Notes under the pieces: model-generated
The model's database searches: none
What the model was told of the DNA's origin: nothing
The model's input: the letters and a program-made list of their open reading frames with translations, nothing else
Made by a program: the position numbers and the translations under genes
Shown: one piece after another, positions 58,045-64,000 of the stretch
Position numbering within the stretch: position 1 is the stretch's first letter
Layout of the letters: each line of letters begins with the position of its first letter
Source: a bacterium
GTDB lineage: Bacteria; Desulfobacterota; DSWW01
DNA length: 64,000 bases
Reading direction: 5' to 3'
NCBI GenBank assembly: GCA_040756235.1
Contig: JBFLZG010000122.1
Coordinates: forward strand, 31,101 to 95,100

Positions 58045-59381
58045 GTTCCTGCGTCATGCAGCTCAACGGTAAGGTCCCAATGGTCGCTGATGATCTGCGG
58101 GGAATGTGTCGCTAGCAGAACCTGAAATTCAGAGAGTCTGGTCATCTCTATGAGGTCCCGAAGAAACTGCTCCTGCCAAGCTACATGGAGCGATATCTCC
58201 GGCTCATCTATCAACACAAGAGAGTCACGACGCACCTTAAAAAGTAACTCGTAAAGCAGTATGACTTCATGTTGCTCACCCGAGGAAAGGCTCGTTGCCT
58301 GCAAGGGCAGGCCCGCATCCGTTGTGAATACAAGCCCATGTTCTCGGCTGATAGACATCTGCTTGTGTCTAAAGCGCTTGTTGATCAGCGATTTAAACAG
58401 ATCAATCTTTGCAGCGATCGCATCGAACACGCCAAGCTTCTGCTCAACATCGCGCACATAGACAGATAGGACGCTCGATTTCGTTTCATCGATCGCCTCC
58501 GGTACGACAAAGTGCGGATCTTGTTCTTGATCGAGGAGACCGGCCGCCGCCAGTCGCGACCGCTTATCTTCGAATCCTTTGAGCTTTTCAGTTAGGGACG
58601 ACTTGGACAATGTATCATAAGCAGGTTGGCTGACAAGTCGCCCCGGAAAGGTTCGATCGAGAGACTGCGATACTTCGGCATACTTTGCAAGAGTGGATTT
58701 TATTTCACTAGCGAGCTCCTCAGAATAGGTCATTACAGTGGGCGTCAAAACGGAGCGGCCTTGCCTACGCGGACGAGTCCCTGGTTGGGATGGTATGACA
58801 AGACGGTCGGTTCGGATGAATCGGACATCAATTCCATGCTTAAGATCTCGTAGCCACCCGGGCTCCTCTCCTCTCTCTGATACTCTAATTGGAAAGATGT
58901 CTTGGTAGCGCTCCACGATGTCTTCAAGTTCTAGAACTTCTCCTGTGGTTGACCGCCAAGTCTCTGGGCCAATGCGAGACAGCTCGGGGATTTCATGATC
59001 GATGATATCCAAAGGAAAGTGCAAAGCTCCTCTATCTAACGAAGGCTTATGCTTAAACTCCTCATGGCCATTGGAACGGAAAACGATGTTTCTCTTTCTC
59101 TGAATCCGATCGGACCGTTGCTTCTTCCCACCTCCATTTGAATCCTCCTTGGTGATGGCCAGCGTACGTCCATCATCAAACTCAACGGATAGCTTCTGGA
59201 AGGGAAACGCTCTGAGCTGTGCGTACCGAGTATTAAAGACACCATCAATCATCATCAGGATTGCTGTCTTCCCGAAGCCGTTCGGTGCATGAACTATGGT
59301 AATTCGATGATCCAGATTCATAAGAATCTCATGGTCGAAAAGGTTAAATAGCTTTTCTACGAGCAGCCGTTTGATACGCAT
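58041..59381 (-). CDS. ABC/AAA_15-21 ATPase (PARIS AriA-like)
   Basis: APNGFGKT, LSSGEQ, LIDEPE, ATHSP; GGAGG RBS before the ATG at 59381. Confidence 0.82.
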   Translation of the reverse strand: MRIKRLLVEKLFNLFDHEILMNLDHRITIVHAPNGFGKTAILMMIDGVFNTRYAQLRAFPFQKLSVEFDDGRTLAITKEDSNGGGKKQRSDRIQRKRNIVFRSNGHEEFKHKPSLDRGALHFPLDIIDHEIPELSRIGPETWRSTTGEVLELEDIVERYQDIFPIRVSERGEEPGWLRDLKHGIDVRFIRTDRLVIPSQPGTRPRRQGRSVLTPTVMTYSEELASEIKSTLAKYAEVSQSLDRTFPGRLVSQPAYDTLSKSSLTEKLKGFEDKRSRLAAAGLLDQEQDPHFVVPEAIDETKSSVLSVYVRDVEQKLGVFDAIAAKIDLFKSLINKRFRHKQMSISREHGLVFTTDAGLPLQATSLSSGEQHEVILLYELLFKVRRDSLVLIDEPEISLHVAWQEQFLRDLIEMTRLSEFQVLLATHSPQIISDHWDLTVELHDAGT

Positions 59382-59570
59382 AGCCATCCTCCGGTCATTT
59401 GAACAAATAATCTCATAGGGGCAGTCGCCAGAAGCGGAAACGCCAGGCTCTTGCCACAACGTACCTATAGCCTCCCATCCGAAGAGGTGTCAAGCTTGCG
59501 TAGGAACTCACCTTTCCGCAGACCGCAACCAACCTCCTGAGAACGGGTAAACGAGTCTATTTTACCAAAG

Positions 59571-60215
59571 ATCGGGTAGCCGGGGCGGTTGCCCGCCCCT
59601 AGCTCCCACACCACCGTACGTACCGGTCGATATACGGCGGTTCACGAGAAACGCGCGAGTCTGCGGTGCTCCTCGAGAAGGCTGATCAAACCTGGGGGCG
59701 CTTCCACTGGCGCCACAGAACGGCGCGCAGCTTCCGTCGTATCCATCCGTCCAGCCCCTCGAAACTGGCCTTGACCTCACTCATCCGGTAATAAGCCACC
59801 CAGCCGCGCAGCACGACGCTGAGCTCCTGGCAGACACGCCTGAGGTTACGTCCTCGTGCGTGCCTAAACAGGATGTGAAGTCTGGCCTGAAGCCTTTTGA
59901 CCGACTCCGGCGCCACCTTCAACTTGGGTTCCTGGTGCCTGGTCACGCTGTAGCCCAGAAACTTCCGTTTCCACGGCCGGTCTACCGCGCTCTTTTCCCG
60001 ATTGATCCGCAACCGCAGCCGCTTCCAGAGGAAACGTTCCAGCGATGCCATCACCCGCTCACCCGCACGCTTCGAGGCCACGTACACGTTGGCGTCATCC
60101 GCATAGCGGGCAAACCGATGCCCCCGGCCTTCCAGCTCCTTGTCCAGCTCGTCGAGCAGGATGTTGCTCAGAAGCGGTGAGAGGGGTCCTCCTTGCGGAG
60201 TCCCCTCCACCCGGG
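59571..60215 (-). mobile_element. Group II intron remnant (class IIC-like): 3' part of the RT/maturase gene plus ribozyme domains V-VI
   Basis: GTPQGGPLSPLL, RYADD, KFLGY. Minus strand reads GAACCGCCGTAT...GTACGTACGGTGGTGTGGGAG...ACCCGAT. Confidence 0.88.
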
Positions 60216-60311
60216 GTGACAGATTCGAGCCGCCGACATTTCTTGGCCTCTCCCATTTGGCGAGGAGGCCAAGAAATGGCTTTTCCCTTCGAAGAAAGGA
60301 GACCCCGCCCC

Positions 60312-60851
60312 ATGACCTGCGTGGCACTCCGCTCTCCCGTGTTCAGGGTTGCCCTCGTCCAGGATGAGTCTGGAGAGACCCCGGTCGTAAGCCCCATGGA
60401 CGCCGCCCTGCTTTTCAAGAAGCACATCGGAAACTACGACCGCGAGGCGTTTGCCGTGATCATGCTCGACCCTGGGAAGAGGCTCATCGGGCTCAGCCTA
60501 GTATCCATCGGCACGCTGACCGGCACTTCCGCTCACCCCAGGGAGATCTTCAAGGCTGCGATCCTGGCCTCGGCACATTCGCTCTTGGTCGGGCATTGTC
60601 ACGTCGCAGGAGACCCGACGCCATCCACTGAGGACAAGATCCTCACGAAGCGGCTGATCGTGGCCGGTGAGATCCTCGGGATCGAGGTCCTCGACCACAT
60701 GATCGTCACCCCGAACAGGAGGTTCTTCAGCTTCCGCCGCAACTCCGTGCTCGAGTTCCCGGAGGAACCGGCTGCGGGCGGGGAACAGCCCTTAGATCAA
60801 GGGCACAGACATGGCCTGCCGCGTCATCCGGAGGCGGGCTCTCCAAGGTAG
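60312..60851 (+). CDS. radC: RadC-like JAB domain protein
   Basis: DREAF, GTL...HPREIFK.A, HCH..GDPTPSTED, GIEVLDH; GAAGGAG RBS. Confidence 0.82.
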   Translation: MTCVALRSPVFRVALVQDESGETPVVSPMDAALLFKKHIGNYDREAFAVIMLDPGKRLIGLSLVSIGTLTGTSAHPREIFKAAILASAHSLLVGHCHVAGDPTPSTEDKILTKRLIVAGEILGIEVLDHMIVTPNRRFFSFRRNSVLEFPEEPAAGGEQPLDQGHRHGLPRHPEAGSPR

Positions 60852-60972
60852 GCCCATTCCCTACCCTGCTCTCCCGAGGGTCCTTTTCGAGGGACCATAT
60901 TCTGACACCTCGACCCTCTCTCTGTTGCCCAAACCACCAAAGGACGGCAACTCCCCCCAGAAGGAGGAAACC

Positions 60973-61431
60973 ATGTCCGCCCACAATGGCCCCCGTCCGC
61001 CCGTTTACAGGGTCGTGCTCGTACGGGAACGGGCGGGCCCCCACTACGCGCTCCGCCGGGCCGACGCTGCGGCAAGAGTGTTCTCGAGCTTTTTCGCCGG
61101 ATTCGACCGGGAGGGCTTCGCGGTGGCCCTTCTCGACACCAAGCTCAAGCTCATCGGGGTCAACCTCGTCTCCCTGGGGTCGCTCAACCAGACCGTTGTC
61201 CTTGGCCGTGAAGTCTTCAAGCCGGCCATCCTGGCCAACGCTGAGAAGCTCATCCTGAGTCACAACCACCCCTCCGGCGAAGTCACTCCGTCCGAGGAGG
61301 ACCGAATCCTCACCGATCGCCTCGTCCAGGCGGGCAAGCTCCTGGGGATCGAGGTCCTGGACCACATCGTGGTCGCCCCGGACGGCACCTTCTTCAGCTT
61401 CCAGGAGAATGGGCTCATCAGCCCTCGGTGA
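60973..61431 (+). CDS. radC: RadC-like JAB domain protein
   Basis: DREGF, REVFKPA, HNHPSG..TPSEED, GIEVLDH; AAGGAGG RBS. Confidence 0.88.
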   Translation: MSAHNGPRPPVYRVVLVRERAGPHYALRRADAAARVFSSFFAGFDREGFAVALLDTKLKLIGVNLVSLGSLNQTVVLGREVFKPAILANAEKLILSHNHPSGEVTPSEEDRILTDRLVQAGKLLGIEVLDHIVVAPDGTFFSFQENGLISPR

Positions 61432-61594
61432 CCTAGGCCGTGCGGGCAAGGCGGCACCCCCACAACGGGGTGGCTCCGCTCTTGCACTGGGAATACCCTT
61501 GGGTCGTGCCCGCTGCACGCTTGACCTTTTCTTCAAGTGAAAGGTCAAGCGTTTGACCTTCCGGAACAACATTCTCGAAAGAAAGGAGTCCGTC

Positions 61595-61987
61595 ATGGCG
61601 AGCCTGAACAGAGTCATGCTGATCGGGAATCTCGGCAGGGATCCGGAGATCCGACACACACAGGCTGGCACCGCGGTCGCCACGCTGTCGGTCGCCACCA
61701 ACGAGCGCTGGAACACCAACGAGGGCGAGAAGGCGGAGAGGACCGAGTGGCACCGGGTGATCGCGTTCGGGAAGCTCGCGGAGATCTGCGGGCAGCACCT
61801 GGCCAAGGGCCGCACCGTCTACGTCGAGGGCAGGCTCCAGACCAGGTCCTGGGAGAAGGACGGAGACAAGAGGTCCGTCACCGAGATCGTCGCCGGCTCC
61901 GTGCAGTTCCTCGGCGGCAACGGGAAGAACGCTTCCACCCCTGCCAGCGAGCCGCCGCCCGTCAGGGAGAGCGACATCCCCTTCTAG
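61595..61987 (+). CDS. ssb: Single-stranded DNA-binding protein
   Basis: LNRVMLIGNLGRDPE, TEWHRV, VEGRLQTR, C-terminal DIPF. Confidence 0.95.
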   Translation: MASLNRVMLIGNLGRDPEIRHTQAGTAVATLSVATNERWNTNEGEKAERTEWHRVIAFGKLAEICGQHLAKGRTVYVEGRLQTRSWEKDGDKRSVTEIVAGSVQFLGGNGKNASTPASEPPPVRESDIPF

Positions 61988-61996
61988 AACCGACAG

Positions 61997-62025
61997 GGCC
62001 TCCCGGCGAGAGGCGCCGGGGGGCC
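61997..62025 (+). terminator. Possible terminator hairpin after ssb
   Basis: GGCCTCCCGGCG-AGAGG-CGCCGGGGGGCC; the U-tract is weak. Confidence 0.35.
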
Positions 62026-62327
62026 TGCTTAGGATTGAAACTCCCGATTCAGTGCTTTCCCCCGGAATGCGAGGCAACCCCGCACGCACGTCACGGTGTG
62101 GCGGCGGTGAAAGCCGCCTGCGAATTCTGATCGAGCTCATGCGCGGGCGTCCCCTTTGCCGATGTTTCTCGCCTGCGCGCTGAAACCACACCCTCCACTC
62201 GCTCCTGCGCTTTTCCCTTGGCGGAAGCGCAGGAGCGTACCCCACCATAAGCCTGGCTCCGAGACCGGCTCATTTTTCCCTCAAACTTCGTCACTCAAGG
62301 CATCGCTTTTGCACATCTCAAATCACC

Positions 62328-63011
62328 ATGGATGGCAGATTTTCCACCTTCCTGGGGGCCGATTGGAGCCGGAACGCTCTCCTCCTGGTCTCCATTCTGA
62401 CGTTGCCCTTACCCCCACTTACCGAACTTGTGGACAGTTTCGAGAGTGGGACCACTCCGGACTACGATGAGGCCACCGAGGCCGAGCGGCTTTCCCTGAT
62501 TCTCTCCTCGCTTGAGGAGATCCACCAGGCGCTCGAGCAGTCCGCCACCGAAGCCCGCGCGGTCCTGGCCTCTCTCAAAGCTGCCCGTCAATCCGGCATT
62601 CCGATGGGGCCCCCGGTTCCGGGGACCGTGAGCTCGCACTTCGGCCCGAGGCTCGACCCCTTCAGCGGGTACCCGGAATTCCACAAAGGGATCGACATAG
62701 CCGCCCCGCGCGGAACTCCGGTTGCGGCAGTCGCTGATGGGATTGTGCTCCGATCAGGCTGGGACGGGAATCATGGGAAGACAGTCGTCCTGGAGCATCC
62801 CGAAGGGTTCGCTACCCGGTACGGGCATCTGGACGAGATCCTGATCCATCCTGGCGATCCAGTAGCCAGGGGGGACACCATTGGCACGGTCGGAGATACG
62901 GGCCGCGCCACGGGTCCCCACCTCCACTACGAGATCCTCCGCGACAAACAACGGATCGACCCGGAGCCGTACCTCGTAGCCGGAAATATCGGGAGTGAGG
63001 GTGCCCGGTGA
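62328..63011 (+). CDS. M23-family metallopeptidase
   Basis: HKGID, YGHL, TGPHLHYE; hydrophobic N-terminus. Confidence 0.88.
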   Translation: MDGRFSTFLGADWSRNALLLVSILTLPLPPLTELVDSFESGTTPDYDEATEAERLSLILSSLEEIHQALEQSATEARAVLASLKAARQSGIPMGPPVPGTVSSHFGPRLDPFSGYPEFHKGIDIAAPRGTPVAAVADGIVLRSGWDGNHGKTVVLEHPEGFATRYGHLDEILIHPGDPVARGDTIGTVGDTGRATGPHLHYEILRDKQRIDPEPYLVAGNIGSEGAR

Positions 63012-63185
63012 TGTGTCCACCCGTTTACTCATCCTTGTCCACAACGTGTCTATCGCCCCTGTCCACCTCGTGGTCCAACCGTCCACATTGAGGGATGCAC
63101 ACTATGCTAAACCGGATTGTCCACCTGTCCACCGGTTGTCCATCACCCCTGTCCACCCCCCACCTTCGGACCCTGGACAGGTACG
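63012..63185. promoter_or_regulatory. Putative oriT region with a GTCCAC repeat array
   Basis: Seven exact GTCCAC copies plus variants in a non-coding stretch directly upstream of the relaxase. Confidence 0.5.
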
Positions 63186-63216
63186 ACCGCCCTGCTTCCC
63201 GTGAGGGACTGACGAT

Positions 63217-64000
63217 ATGCTGAGCATCGGCTCTCCCAAGACTCCCCAACCGGCACAAGAGTACCTGCTCCAGTACGACCCCTACTTCGGGCACGGAAAC
63301 GCAACCTGGTTCGGCAGGGCAGCCGAAGCCCTGGGGCTCACCGGCCGAGTCGACCACAAAGCCTTCCAGCACCTTCTGGTCGGCTCCAACCCCGGTGGCG
63401 ACCGCCTCGTCCGGGCGGGGGGCCCGAGGCTCATCCGGATCGCCGGGTTCGATCTAGCCTTCTCAGCACCGAAATCGTGCAGTCTCGTGAGCCTCTACGA
63501 CCCTAGAGTCGTGAACGCCCACTCGGGCGCGGTAAGGAAGGCCCTGGCCTATGCCGAGGACCGTTACGCGCAAGCCAGGGCCATGGCAGGCGGCAAGCAG
63601 ATCGTGGTGGAGACCGGAAATCTCGCCGGAGCGCTCTTCGTGCACATGACCTCCAGGGCACTCGATCCTCACCTCCACACCCACGCATTCGTCCTCAACA
63701 TCACCCGCCGACTTGAAGACGGGCGATGGAGGGCGCTCCACCGGGGAAAACAGGTCACCACCGGGCAGGGCGCCACAAGAGTCCTATCCAATCCCTTTTA
63801 CAGTCACCGGCTGCTCCTGGGCCAGATCTATCAGAACGAACTTTCCAGGGATCTCGCTCTGGCGGGCTACCGGATTCGGGTCACCGACCTGGAAACCGGC
63901 CTTTGGGAACTGGCGCGGGTACCTGAAACCCTGACCCAGGCATTTTCCAAGAGAAGGACCGAAATCGAACGGCAGGCGAGGGAATATCAGAGAACGCACC
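63217..64000 (+). CDS. MobF (TrwC/TraI-type) conjugative relaxase, runs off the window end
   Basis: Hand translation: MLSI..., W.G.AA.ALGL.G, GFDLAFSAPKS.S, H.TSRALDPHLHTH (HUH), IYQNEL, FSKRR.EI. Missing from the ORF track because there is no stop codon in the window. Confidence 0.92.
   Translation, partial: MLSIGSPKTPQPAQEYLLQYDPYFGHGNATWFGRAAEALGLTGRVDHKAFQHLLVGSNPGGDRLVRAGGPRLIRIAGFDLAFSAPKSCSLVSLYDPRVVNAHSGAVRKALAYAEDRYAQARAMAGGKQIVVETGNLAGALFVHMTSRALDPHLHTHAFVLNITRRLEDGRWRALHRGKQVTTGQGATRVLSNPFYSHRLLLGQIYQNELSRDLALAGYRIRVTDLETGLWELARVPETLTQAFSKRRTEIERQAREYQRTH

Noticed and set aside
59686..60327. RT as a retron, DGR or defence-associated RT
   Set aside because: It is truncated, has group II intron-type motifs and is followed by intron domains V-VI. 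No template/variable repeat pair or msr-msd was seen.
19897..64000. Prophage, or defined att sites and an integrase for the element
   Set aside because: I saw no structural phage genes, integrase, tRNA or flanking direct repeats. The ICE/plasmid interpretation rests on the relaxase, ssb, radC and cargo only.

Overview
A GC-rich bacterial window in two parts. Bases 1 to about 17200 are host-like: a multi-PAS sensor, kinase and response-regulator cluster, an alkaline-phosphatase-superfamily lipoprotein, narGHJI-narK and an Fe/Mn SOD, with REP-like palindromes between genes. A MITE and an IS4-like element (17205-19896) mark the junction to an accessory region that looks like an ICE or conjugative element. 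That region holds an AAA/DUF1257/DUF2997/Cas4-like module, a toxin-antitoxin pair, IS630, a DISARM-related defence operon, a PARIS-like pair, a group IIC intron remnant, radC-radC-ssb-M23, a putative oriT and a MobF relaxase that runs off the end. The best candidate for an undescribed system is the operon at 33475-38509. It encodes a 57-aa coiled-coil peptide ending VVCCV (absent from the ORF track), a GNAT, a B12-dependent radical SAM enzyme, a caspase/CHAT-fold protease-like protein and a NamZ-like gene, which together suggest a RiPP-type pathway. All family calls come from motifs read by eye; no database search was run.
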